Assembly (NCBI GenBank): GCA_047495785.1
Contig: JBLDXI010000003.1
Location: 1,798,001 to 1,862,000, forward strand
DNA: 64,000 bases
Origin: Lepidodermella squamata
Lineage: Eukaryota; Animalia; Gastrotricha
Direction: 5' to 3'
The translations under genes were made by a program, and so were the position numbers. Shown piece by piece: positions 43,828 through 56,107 of the stretch. The notes below the pieces were generated by a model. That model saw only the letters and a list, made by a program, of their open reading frames with translations, did no database searches and was not told where the DNA came from. Positions within the stretch are counted from its first letter, which is position 1; each line of letters opens with the position of its first letter.

Positions 43828-45599
43828 ATGTTTGCTCGTTATCTATTAAGAAACCTTGCGGTTAATGGCCGCATTTCAAAGCTGCATCACAGCACCTCTT
43901 CAAGCCAACGCCCTGAATGGTTGCAACATATCTTCCGCGACAAAAGGACCTACTTTGAAAATGCAGATGTCCAATCTGGAATTACTAAATTCTTCCTGAA
44001 GGACGTAAAATTGGATTCGAAAGGAAGGCATTTCAAGCTCGAATTCGCCAATGGAAGAACAATGGAAACGTCTTTTGTTGCTCTCAGAGAGTCCTGCCAA
44101 TGCCCTCAATGCTTCTTCCCTGATGCGCAACAACGCAAGCTCCATCTCCTTCAACGAAACATTGAGAAAATTCAACCGGTTGGAAATTCGGTCGAGAGTG
44201 TTACCTTCAACGAAGAGGACCAAATGTTGCGCGTAAAATGGGAGAACGACGATCATGTCAGCAGTTTTTCTGGGCCCTGGCTCTACTCAACATTCAACGC
44301 AAAACAGCCGCTATTCGAGTCAAATGTAAAGAAACCGTGGCGTGTTGCAGATCTTCCAAAGGGGAACTTATTGGTACATGATTTTGCCAAAATTTTCGAT
44401 CCGCAAAACCAGGCTGCTCTGCTACACTTTTTGAACGATTTTACTACGTTTGGAATCGTCAAAATTGCGAATGCGCCGAAAGAAGCTGGAACGCTCAAGA
44501 AAATGTTCCCCAAAATTTTCAACTACATTCGAGCCACTCATCTCGGGTAAGTATTCTTCTCCGTGATCCTCATCGTTCGTGGCGCGGAAGAACTAGCTCG
44601 CGTTTAGCGTTTTTGCCTGAAGGGCGGATTCTTCCGCGCTACAACGATTATTTACTCGTGTTGAGCTTTCCTTATCTTCTCAATCTATATTGACGCTTTA
44701 AAATCTGGCATTTCGCCCTATCTTCTTAGTCCAAAGTTCATTCTTGCCGGCCCTCAGCCAGCTTCTTATCTCAACACGTTTGCACTGAGGAAGTGGGAGC
44801 TTCGTGTAGCTTCTATGAGCCAAGTTTGTCATGTAGGTTGAATATTGGCTGAAGGTCCATAGTCCACTTGGCTTAGCTATGAGTATTAACTTGTTTATGT
44901 CTTATCAGGTTAATAGACCAAATCGAGATCAAGCCAGTCGCTACGAACATTGGCTATCAAAATGGCGGGGTACCGCAGCACACAGACCTTGCCTACTACG
45001 AACAGCAGCCTAACATTCAAATTTTTCATTGCATCCGGCAGAGCGACGTAGGCGGGGAATCAAGTTTTGCTGACAGCCATGCAGTTGTTGCTGCTTTGAA
45101 AGAGCGCTATCCGAAGGCTTTCAAGCTACTGACCGAAACCAAGATAAATTTCTACATTTACCACAGTGATGAGTTTGGCGGGTTGATCACGCAGAGAGGA
45201 ACCGTGATCAGGCTCGACAAAACTGGCCAGGTCGAGAAATTCGTCCTCTCGAATCAAACCCTTGATTCACTGAGAGGAATGTCTGCTAGAGATCAAATCG
45301 AGTACTACGAGGCGCTTCAAACTTTGATGAAGCTACTCGATTCGCCTGAATTCAAAGTCAACACGAAAATGCAAGCGGGTGAGATGGTCATGTTCGATAA
45401 CTTTAGGGTGACTCATGGCCGGCAATCTTTCACGCAAGCTGCCCCGAGATTGATTGAATCGTGTTACTTTGACTGGGACTCCATCAATGCGAGAATACGG
45501 CAATTGCGAGCTGATCTATTCAGACAACGCCTCGACAAATGGTGGGCTGAACAACAGAGCTTGAAAATCGATCGAGTCAAGGCTGTTGCTTCTAATTAA
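43828..45599 (+). CDS. Gamma-butyrobetaine dioxygenase-like Fe(II)/2OG oxygenase, paralog 1 (exons 43828-44546, 44909-45599)
   Basis: LRESCQCPQC Zn motif, HTDLAYY, FHC, GGES and FDNFRVTHGR. Confidence 0.9.
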
Positions 45600-45929
45600 A
45601 CCAGTATTCAGTGACGGAAAGCCCGTTGTGAGACATATTTTATGATAATTTACCTAAATTTCCACGCCATCATTTTCGGGCTCATTTGACCTTTAAACGG
45701 ACTGATGAAATGAAAGCTTTGAGCTCGTTTACTGAAAGAAAACGGTTTCCTTTCATGTTACTTTACTGTAGCGTAAAGGAATATGTCAATACCATGAATC
45801 CACATGTAATATTGAATTAGCTCGGCAAACCTGCTGAAAAGCTCAATGGCTGCTGACCAGTGCAACTGAAATGGTCAAACATTAGGACTTATACTATAAA
45901 TTCTATACCTGATTAAGCTTTACGAAATA

Positions 45930-47297
45930 ATGGCCACGGTTGACGAAAAACCCCAATGGCTTCAGCATATATTTCGTGACAAACGAGCTTTTTTCGATGA
46001 ATCTGATATTGAATTCGGGCTGTCCAAGTTCTTCCTCATCGATGTTCTCATCGATACTGAAAGCCGAATGTTCAAGTTGAAATTCGCAAATGATAAAACG
46101 ATCGAGGTATCATTCTTCGCCTTACGCGAGGTTTGCCAATGCTCGCAATGTTTTGTTGCCGAATCTCAGCAGAGGAAACTTCATTTTAACGACAGAAATA
46201 TCGCAGATGTCAAACCAGATCAAAACAACTACGAATTCAGTCAAATCAACCAGATTCTCCGGCTAAAATGGGTAAATGATGGCCATTCAAGCTGCTACTC
46301 TGGACCTTGGCTCTACTCAACATTCCAGGCTACACATCCGTTATTCCAACCTATCCCAAAAAAGCCATGGAGTGTAGCTGACCTACCGAATGGTTCTTTG
46401 ATTTCTTATGATTATTCAGAGATTACTGATGAGAAGAACTACGAAGCCTTACTATCTTGCCTTAATGACCTGTCAACATTTGGTATTGTGAAAATCGCGA
46501 ACGGCCCTATTGAAGAGGGAACCTTGAAACGCGTCTTCCCTCGAATTTTCAATTTCATCCGAGCAACTCATTGGGGGTAAGTTTTCCTTAAAAGGTTGTT
46601 ATTCTCTAATTAAAGCTTTTCACTTAGGGTTATCGATAGATTGCAAGTGAAAGCAGCAGCTACGAATGTTGCTCACCAGAATGGAATTTGCCCCCATCAT
46701 ACCGACCTAGCATATTACGACCAGCATCCTGAAGTTTTGCTCTTTCACTGTATCGAACAAAGCAGTGAGGGTGGTGAGTCTTGTTTCGCCGACAGTCATG
46801 CCGTAGTCGCTGCCTTGAAAGAACGACATCCGAAAGCCTTCAAAATTCTCTCAACCGTTCCAATCAATCTTTACTTCTATCATACTGAACACGAAGGGAC
46901 GATGTTTTATCAAAAAGGGACGGTCATCCGGCTGGATGAAAGCGGCAATGTCAAAGAATTCGTGCTATCAAACCAGCTAGATGCATTTCGCGGTATGAAA
47001 GGCCAGGATCAGATTGATTATTACGAGTCACTTCAAATTCTGATGAATCTGCTAAATTCGGCGGAATTTAACGTCAATGTGAGACTCAACCCGGGTGACA
47101 TGGTGATGTTTGATAATCTGCGAGTAACTCATGGCAGACAAGCTTTCCCAGCAGGATCCTCTCGTTTGATTGAAACCTGCTTCTACGACTGGGATCAAGT
47201 CAATGCAAGGATCCGCCAACTTAGAAGTGACTTATTCAGACAAAAATTGGAGAAATTGTGGTCTTCTCGAGATTTACTAGTTCATGATTCTGCTTAA
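45930..47297 (+). CDS. Gamma-butyrobetaine dioxygenase-like, paralog 2 (exons 45930-46576, 46628-47297)
   Basis: LREVCQCSQC, HTDLAYY, FDNLRVTHGR. Same intron position as paralog 1. Confidence 0.9.
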
Positions 47298-48600
47298 GGT
47301 TACAATTATCAATAAAAGCGATGCTAGAGATAACAGAGTGAAGAAGAGGACGTCAAATGTTCGTAATAAAGTCGCTTTCATGCTGAGGTAGTTGAAGCCA
47401 ATTTTCATTTTCGCAGCAAAAGATTTCCTTCGAGAGAGTTCGATGGTTAGCAAAGTGTAACAAGTACAGACAACTCCAATAATTTTGAAACCAGATAGCA
47501 ATTTGTCCACCTCAGCGACCTCCGAAGTGTTAGGCATGGAATCACTTATGGCACTCTGAGTCAAGGCGTATGCGAGAACAACTGAAAAAATACATCCCTT
47601 AATCACATCCTGATCTTCGGATTGCTTACCTGATATGCAGTATATTGGTCTATCGAGACTATCTGGCGGCATAAAGCCGCTTGAAAGGAGTAGGATCAGT
47701 AGGCAAATCGATGGTAGGAAGATGTTGAGAGCATAAACCTCAGGTTTTCGTTTGAACGTGAAGCTGTACGTGATTCTGTCGTAATTGACCAGCGGCTCCC
47801 CAGCGTAAGTGATGTTATCGATTGATACAGAGAAATCGGTTAAGGTCCATGGCTCTTCCGATCTGATGAATGTGTCTCGGCTGAAGTTCGTATTAGATTC
47901 AGTGCCAGTCAGGAGTCGCTGGAAAGGCGTTGAATGCCAGGACTCAAATGCCAAGCTACAGATTTGTTGATCGAACGGAAATTTCTTCAAGCTGAAAGAC
48001 AAATCAACATGGGGATTTGCTAAAAGAATCGCTTCAATTTACCTCAGCTGGCATGAAGCGTCAAAGGTAGCCCAAACAAACCAAATCACTGTACCATCTG
48101 AGATGTAACGAATGACCGTCTTGTCCAACAACCTGTTGAAATTCTGTGAGTATGATTGGGAAAATCATGCAAATCAAAATGAACTCTTCCAGAAACGTAG
48201 CGTCGCTGATGGCGTTGATAAACTGAATTTTCGGATGCCATCCAACTCTTGCAGGAACTTCAAAGTATTCCACTCCGTTTTCTGCATCAGATGAGCTGTT
48301 CCACATCGCACACGGATGGCCCCAAACAATGTCCAACTCAGCGAGGACCGAAAACTTCTGTAGCACGTCATCAATGCCTCGAAAGCCGACTGGATTCAGA
48401 TAAGCAGTTACAACGATAGGAGTTCGAAAGTCAACTACGGGCCTGTGACTCGAGGAAATATTGCATAATAGGTCGAATTCATTCTTCAAAACCTCCTCGT
48501 CCACCCTAAATCCAGCAGTTCCGTTTGATTTTGTCTCATCGAAGACAACAGAAACGGTCTTTGACGTATAAGCTAGCAAAATAAATGTGAAAGCGAGCAT
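47277..48600 (-). CDS. Divergent Cys-loop channel subunit
   Basis: Signal peptide, HRPV, WHPKI, C..LKKFPFDQQIC, FKRKP-M1, short introns. Confidence 0.85.
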
Positions 48601-48713
48601 GCTCAAAAGCACTGCCTATTGAGTAAAATCATGAGATAATCTTCATTCAATGCAAAAAACTGTCTGCACTTAATTCAAGTGCAAAAATTGAGCGCTATTT
48701 ATTTTCGCAAAGT

Positions 48714-50031
48714 TCAGGCCAGCATCTCTTTGACAACTAACCCAGTCAAGAGTATGGAAAGAATCGAAATGAAGACATAAAATGTCACATCAATTATCCT
48801 GAATAACTCTGAGTTGATTGTGAAGAATAAATTTGACTTTAAGTGAACTTTGCGGCGGAGACATTTTCGTTGGGTTAATTCAACAAATAACAGGTTGTAG
48901 AACGTGCAAGCAACGCCGATTACGCGGTAGCTTGAAAGAAGGACGACAATTTCAGCTATTTGAGATGACTTGGGTAGCGAGTAGTTTATGGAAGTCTGGA
49001 GAACGGCATACGCCACAACAACTGAAATAGCTGAAACAGGTCAAAATGTGACTGATAAAGGCAAGGAATTTCACCTGTCATACTATAAACAGGACGATTT
49101 GAGCAGCCTGGTTCCATGAAAACACTCGCGAGAATCATTATGTGAAGACAAATTGACGGCAGGAAAATGTTCAGATTGAAAACGTCAGACTTTCGTTTCA
49201 GCCGAAAAGTCACAACCATCCTATCGTAAAACGCCCATGAAGTCGCCTCGTAAACATGCTGCTTCAGGGTGGTATTTACTGATACGAGAGTCCATAGATC
49301 GCTCGGGGTGAAGAAATTAGACTCATTTAACGTCAAAGGAGTGTCTGATAGATCAACTGACTGCCTCATATGGTTATGCCAAGATTCGAGCTCTATCGTA
49401 CAGAATTGCTCATCGAATGGAAATTTCTTCAAGCTGAAACATAACTCTTACAAAAACTAAGTTAATGGTTGCCTATGACTTACTTTAGTTCACAGGATGA
49501 GTCAAAAGTTGTCCAAATGAACCAGGTCACATTACCATCTGGATGAAACTGGACCAATGTTTTATCGAGCAGAGTGTCCAGAAAAAGAGTGTCACTCATA
49601 GCATTGATGTGCTCTAAACGAGGATGCCATGTTTCTGAGGCTAGAATCTCGATAAAATCGATTCCGGTTGAGTTTGAGTCCCATTTTACGCAAGGATGCG
49701 TCCATGCAACATCCAACTCTGCTAGGACGCTGAATCTGTGATAATTTTTGTATTAAGGAGGATTAGTTCATGTGGAAATCATTGCTACCTCTCACCTCTC
49801 ATTCCGATCGTCAATCCCTCTAAATGCTATTGCTGTAAATGATAGCTTTAATTGGATCGGTGATGCGAAAGAAGCAACTGGCCGTGTTGAGGAGGTCAGT
49901 CCGCAAGTCCGCTCCATTTCCTTCCTAAGCAAATGTTCTGCCGGAGCGAACGGTTGAACACCAGCATCATCACCAAAGGCGATGCAAGCAAAACTGGTTA
50001 AAATTTGGAGTTGAAGAATGGGGTGCATCAT
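48714..50031 (-). CDS. Divergent Cys-loop channel subunit
   Basis: Signal peptide, TRPV, WHPRL, CEL..KKFPFDEQFC, LKRKS-M1, TM segments. Tandem paralog. Confidence 0.85.
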
Positions 50032-50094
50032 TCGCAGCAATTATGGCCTTTCAATTTGAGTTCTATCACGTCGTGTTTTATTTGCTTATCGCAT

Positions 50095-51402
50095 TCACGC
50101 GATCAAAAGAGCGAGCACAGTGACGTTCAAAAAGAAAGCGACAACGCCTAGAAAAGAGAAAAAGGCCAAATCTATAATGCGGATAGTTTTCACACGAATA
50201 CTGAATGGTTTACAGATCACGAATGTAACAGTCAGGCGTTGTTTATAAACTGTTTTAGTAGCAAGACCCGAAGTAATCAGAGTGTACAATGTGCAGATAA
50301 CCCCAATGATTCGATAGCAGGATAGTAACACTACAATATACGATATCTCAGATGATTTTGGTAGAGATTCGTTGATAGATGAATGAAGGACTGCGTAGGA
50401 TAAAACTACTGTAATGCAATAAAAAGGTCTATCGGTGTTCTCAGGAGGCATAAATCCGGATGAGATTAGTAAAATTAGTAAACACCACGACGGGAGGAAA
50501 ATGTTAACTGCGTATAATTCTGGTTTTCTATCGAAATGAAATTCGTAGATGACTCGGTTGTATGTTACGGATGGATCATCGTACGATATAGATTCCATGG
50601 TTGAGTTTGTGCCAACGAGCATCCAAACCTCTGCCGGTGAAATGAATTTAGCTAGATCGATTGTCAATTCACCGTCGACTGCCAAGCGCTGCCATCTCGT
50701 TGAATGCCAGGATTCAAAGGTCAAACTGCATTTCTGGTGGTCCAATGGGAATTTCTTTACACTAAAATCAGGAAACGTTGTTTACTTCAAGAAATTTGGG
50801 AGATGAACTAACTCCAAGTGGCAAAAAGATGTGAATGTTGTGACGACATACCACTTGACTCGGCCATCAGGCCAGAACCAAACTGGGGTACTACTTGCCA
50901 AGCTGGTGAAAATAATCATTAACACTTGATATTGGGACTGTTAGGAGTAAAGACCTTTCAAGATAGTTGCTATCGCTTTCGGCATTGATGTGCTGTAAAT
51001 TTGGATGCCAAACTTCGTCAGCTTTCATCTCGAATGAAGGTATGCTGTCTTCACTGGATTCATTCCACCGAACGCAAGGGTGATACCACGTCAAATCAAG
51101 CTCAGCCATCAAACTGAAGCTAGATGCCGAAAGAATTCTGGAAAAAGGCTCAATTTAAGGCATTATCTTTACCTCTGGCTTCTGTCATCAATCCCTCGAA
51201 ATCCAAGGGCAATCAAGGAGGTTGTTATATTCAATGGTACTCGGAAATCAATAACAGGCCGAGATTTAGCTGTGATGCCACATTTTTCAATCATGGCTCT
51301 CTTGAAAATCTCCTCATCAGGTAAGAAATTTGTCATGTTGCTATGGCATCTTACAGCAACAGATCTCGATAAAATTAAAATTAACCACAAAATAGCTGAC
51401 AT
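50095..51402 (-). CDS. Divergent Cys-loop channel subunit
   Basis: Signal peptide, SRPV, WHPNL, CHLDVKKFPLDHQKC, 4 TM segments. Confidence 0.85.
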
Positions 51403-51744
51403 GACTGATATATGCGATATGCTTCCATCGAAATTCTGGCATGGAAAAATCAGTCGTAGGAAACGGAAGTGCTCGATGGAAACGATTGAGCAATATTTAC
51501 TCGGATGCTTTCAGCTTTGTTTTTTCAGTCCCACAACATCAAACGTCACGATTCTGTGCCAAAGTGCTTGTATGACGCGCAATGCATGACTCTGCGCCAG
51601 CTAATAACACTATGCCGAGGCTAATGATGAATCACGGCCATAAAATGCAGCTCGGTGCAATAAGTGTGGGCATACTAAATTCAAGATAAGATAACGCTAT
51701 AAATTATGTAAGGGTTAAGAATGACTCGCGTGTGTAGACTAAAA

Positions 51745-52783
51745 ATGTCATCAGCTAGAGATGATGGTGTGGAGGTCGTTAAGCTCCACGAAAAGGTTTG
51801 CAAAACCTTCGGAGATGGCCCAGTTTGGCTCGAAGACTCCGGCGAGCTTATGTTCGTCGATTTTTTCAAGGCTAAGGTATTTAAACTCAACGCAGCCACA
51901 AACGAGCTAACCTACAAAGTCGTACCAGGTAATACAACTAGAGTCTAGTTTTGCTTATCCAAAATGTTATAATTTAGGCAGAGGACTGGTAACTTTGGCC
52001 TATCCTACAACGCAAAAGGATGTGTTTGTAGCCCTAAGTTGGTGCGACATCGTTTCGTTCGACTGGAACGACCCTTTAAAAGTTCAGAACTTGGCAAGTT
52101 TCGTCGATGACCACGATTTTCATGCGAATGATGGTAAGGCGGATCGAAACGGCCATCTCTGGTTCGGAACTCTCTCCACCGAACCTAGTGATGAATTTGT
52201 GGTAAAACCAAACGCGGGTGGTATTTATTACGCAGAAACTGAGGATCAAGATAAATCTCAGTTGAAAGTTGCCAAAATTACTAATATCGACCCAGTAGAC
52301 CTAACAAACGGAATAGATTGGTCTATTGATAACCAAACAATGTTTGCAGTAGATACCGCACGAAGAGTTGTTAATGCTTTCAATTACGATGCATCAACTT
52401 GCGACTTGTCAAATCAAAGAGTTGTCATCGATTACGCTGAAGCTTCTGCGGAGCACGAGTCAAACCTTGGTAACCCTGATGGCTGTGCTATCGATGTTAA
52501 CAACAAGTTATGGATTGCTGGCTTCAAAGGATCAAATGTTTGCTGCTTCGATGTAGAAACTGGTCAACTTATCGATATGATTGATTTCGACGCTAGATCA
52601 ATAACTTCGGTTGCCTTTGGAGGGCCTCATATGAATCAGCTTTTCGTAACTAGTGCTCCTGGTACATATGAAGACGGCGGGTCGATCTACCGCGTGGACG
52701 GTCTTAATACTCGAGGAAATCCGGCTACAAGATTTAGAATCCCAGAAACACAATCGTCGAATGATTTTTATGACCGAGAATAA
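51745..52783 (+). CDS. Regucalcin/SMP-30/gluconolactonase family protein (2 exons)
   Basis: GDGPVW, ANDGKAD..G.LWFGT, NGIDWS, PDGCAID and TSVAFGGP motifs. Confidence 0.9.
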
Positions 52784-52918
52784 AATAAACCTTGATTCGA
52801 ACCTCATTCCACCTTTTATCTCGGTTTTCGGCCATTATTCCTTATCGTTGAGAAAAATGACCCCGATAAGATGGAATAGGGAAGTTGGAATAGTGTAAGC
52901 CACCATATTTCGTGAAAA

Positions 52919-54184
52919 ATGCTCCCGACTCTACTTTTAGCTATTCTCTTCGTCTCGGATGCTTCAGCGAGATTTCCCGACCCCACAAATCCGACATGGT
53001 GGGTAAACTGGGGTGGTGATAACAAGCATAGCTACTACCGAGATGAGACGATCGGTACGAATAAAACCCATTTCCAGCAGTTATGGAAGACCAGTGTTTT
53101 GAACATCCCTGAGTCATACGGCGACCATTTGTACGAGCCCCTCATCTTTGAAAGCGTGGTCTTCGTTTTGAGTAAAACTGGGATGTTATCAGGCCTCGAT
53201 CTTTCAACTGGATCGGTCATTAGGTCTCGAAATCTAAGCGACACATCCCGATGCACTAGTCGTCAGAACTATCAACCGCCGTCGATATTTCCAGTAAATG
53301 GAGCCGGAACTTTATTCACCCGAGTTCATTGCGAGGGCAATGTCACTGTTTTTGCCGTGGATACAGCAACTTTTAAAACCCTGTTCTCAACAGAGCCGTC
53401 CGTTTCTAGCGACGATGATTTTGAGTTCAGTGATGTTTCCAGTATATACCTCAACATGGCCTACTACAGGGTTAACAACTCGGCTATTCGAGATTTCGAA
53501 GCTCAGATTGGAAACTCGGTTTACACCTCTAAACTCAGCCCTGGCTCTAGTATCATTAGTCTTTCGCTACTTGACCTTCTCGACGAGAAAAACGACCCTG
53601 TTGCCTCAAGGCTTTTCGCGTCTTTGAACGGATCAATTGCCGAGTTTGACATGCAGTTTGGTAGCGTAAAATGGTCCCTGAAACTGCCGGCTGGATCCCC
53701 TGGCTATGAATGGGCCCCTGCGATCTCCAGAGGAATGGACAGCGTTGTTGCAACCCAATGGCCAGCCAATAACCAGATTCAGATCTTGGGCATCAACCTT
53801 AAAACTCGTAATATCGACTGGCAGTCGGATTCGTGTGGAGATACGATGCCTAGATATGCTACTCGACCTGCTGTAGACGATTCTTTCGCCTATTTGAAAT
53901 GCCGCGGCCGCGAGATTCGTGTTTTCAACACTTCTGGCAAGGCTGTGAAGAGTTACTGGGGTGGTCTTTCTAGCAACTACCTAACCCCGCCTCTTGTTCT
54001 GGATGATTACGTTTTAACTGTTCAAACTGATGGTTTAGTTGCTTTCAACAAAACATCGGGAGCTACAGCTGCTTTGGCAAAGATACCGACCAACTACGGA
54101 ACAGTCGCCCTATCCTACTTTTCCGGAGCCTTCTTCTTGGCCAGTGACAACGACCAAACTGTCACAGCTTATCAAATGATATGA
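52919..54184 (+). CDS. Secreted PQQ-type (BamB-like) beta-propeller repeat protein, intronless
   Basis: Signal peptide, then WVNWGGDNKHS, LWKT, PLI..VFV..G.LSGLDLSTG, G.VKWS, IDWQ, RPAV and TPPLV propeller-blade motifs. Confidence 0.7.
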   Translation: MLPTLLLAILFVSDASARFPDPTNPTWWVNWGGDNKHSYYRDETIGTNKTHFQQLWKTSVLNIPESYGDHLYEPLIFESVVFVLSKTGMLSGLDLSTGSVIRSRNLSDTSRCTSRQNYQPPSIFPVNGAGTLFTRVHCEGNVTVFAVDTATFKTLFSTEPSVSSDDDFEFSDVSSIYLNMAYYRVNNSAIRDFEAQIGNSVYTSKLSPGSSIISLSLLDLLDEKNDPVASRLFASLNGSIAEFDMQFGSVKWSLKLPAGSPGYEWAPAISRGMDSVVATQWPANNQIQILGINLKTRNIDWQSDSCGDTMPRYATRPAVDDSFAYLKCRGREIRVFNTSGKAVKSYWGGLSSNYLTPPLVLDDYVLTVQTDGLVAFNKTSGATAALAKIPTNYGTVALSYFSGAFFLASDNDQTVTAYQMI

Positions 54185-54281
54185 ACCAATAATCACCATA
54201 AACTCTTAACGATTGATAAATAATTTATTTTTTTGAACTACGAATCGGAAGAATCACAATAAAAATGATCAATTTCAATTG

Positions 54282-54692
54282 TTATCCAGTCTTTTCCTTT
54301 TTCATTGTAGCGACGCCATTCAGGCAATTGATGACCAAAAATCCAACTTGAAGAACGATAGATGTTTTAGGAGCCAAAGATTTATCGAAATGGCCGGTAA
54401 CCATAGGAGTAGTAACTGCGAATAGAATTGGAGATGAAAGCGCAAGAAGTTTCAGTAGTCGAACAGTGTTCTCTTTCGGTGTTTTGTTAAATGGGTAAAC
54501 TCTGCTTCGGTGGGTCAGAAATTCTGTGGCGCTGATGTAGCTCAGAAATCGAGTGAAAGCTTCCGCGACTATTACAGCGATTACGACGGAGACAAATCCT
54601 TCGAAGTAGAATCTCAGCGAGAGTGAAGCGATTCCGATTGCGAGTCGCAGCTTGCTGCATCGCCCTTGCCAGGTTTCAATGTCTCCATCCAT
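54282..54692 (-). CDS. Hypothetical small multi-pass membrane protein
   Basis: ATG-initiated 136-aa ORF with several hydrophobic segments, AATAAA downstream on the minus strand. Confidence 0.45.
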   Translation of the reverse strand: MDGDIETWQGRCSKLRLAIGIASLSLRFYFEGFVSVVIAVIVAEAFTRFLSYISATEFLTHRSRVYPFNKTPKENTVRLLKLLALSSPILFAVTTPMVTGHFDKSLAPKTSIVLQVGFLVINCLNGVATMKKEKTG

Positions 54693-56107
54693 TATTACGG
54701 TTCTTGTATTCCTGATGCTGCTAGACTGTACAGTGCGTATGCGTTTTTTTCTTATCGCCCTGCAATACTACGCTTTTTTATCGCAGAGTATATTACTTAT
54801 GTACATTGTACATTGCAGCCCGCGACATAGCAACACGTATAGGGCATGTCAACGTGGCGAAGTAGCCGTAGCGTGTCAAAATTTACGATGCAGCTAATTC
54901 TTCAAGGTAACTCATACACTCAGTATCGACTGGTCACAACAGCAGCAAGCTGATTTACTTGTCCCATTATCGACTTACTTGTCCCCAAGAAAGTGTAAAA
55001 TGAGAAGCAAAGCAACATCCTAATGATAGAAAAATTAAAAGTTCAACTATTTTTGGATGAAGTCGCAGTAATCGATGGTGAATCCTTAAATTTGTGAATA
55101 ATTTATACATTGCCTGCGACAGCTCTCAATATACACCCGATGACCTGGCTGAGCGATAGCCAAGCGCGAATTCGATCATTGATGCAAAGGTCATCCCTAG
55201 TTTACGGCGTTCTAGTAGTTTTGCTATGGCTGGAGGTGACCAATTTCACATATTTTAGGTATTCTAATGCATTTTCTGGCCTTTAAAAAGTTGGCTTGTT
55301 ATACGTTGTACTAAATAATAATAAATTTCTTCCAAAAATTTTTGCCTATCGATCCTCATTATATCTTGTACTCATTATCAATCAGACTGAGAGCAGTTAT
55401 GCATACTGTATGTAATATTTAAGGAAACGGACCGGGCCAGACATATTTCATGACGACAGGTTTTTGAGAAGCAGATTTCCTAATTGCACAGAGAAGGTAT
55501 GCTGAGCTTATCAAGGCAATCAAGCCATTTTTCATTACTTCAGGTGATCTCAAGTCAACAGATTGATTGAAGATAAACGAAAAGTATATTCTCTGATAAT
55601 AATAGTCAATATAATAGTATGAGAAATTTAATGCGTGAAGCAAATGGCAAACATTTTTATGAATAATGGTATAAATCTTACATGTTTTTATTTCAGCAAG
55701 TTTTAAATACCACTGACAAAAGCAACCCTCACTCCCTTCTGCCGTGTTTCGTGTTCCTCCAACAAGACCCTACCCAAAAGACAGATACGCGCAGACATTA
55801 TTTTGATTTTTTCAGACAAGAAAAGATGCTTTAACCCGAAGCGACTCACATAAGGATATAGCAAGGACGTGGGAGACGGACCCTCACGTGGGAGCAGACG
55901 GCTAAGCCGTATTATTAGCATCCCAGATAAAATTCACGACATGGAATTTTCCCAGGGTTTCGGCTTTGGGTGTAACCTAACTAGTGACAAATACTATTGA
56001 CTCCTAATAACTTTCTATAAATTGACCGTGTTGTGTGTCGCCCGCCCAAACTTAGCGATATACGTTTGAGATGATATTCGGCCGGAAACATCAAGATTTT
56101 CATTAAG

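Noticed and set aside
44571-44648. Small inverted repeat in the dioxygenase intron (ATCGTT.GTGGCGCGGAAGAA / TTCTTCCGCGCTACAACGAT)
   Set aside because: Probably a tiny foldback remnant; single copy here, no evidence of function
51745-52783. Regucalcin GDGP in place of the usual GEGP metal ligand
   Set aside because: Conservative E-to-D change with the other ligands retained; not enough to claim altered function
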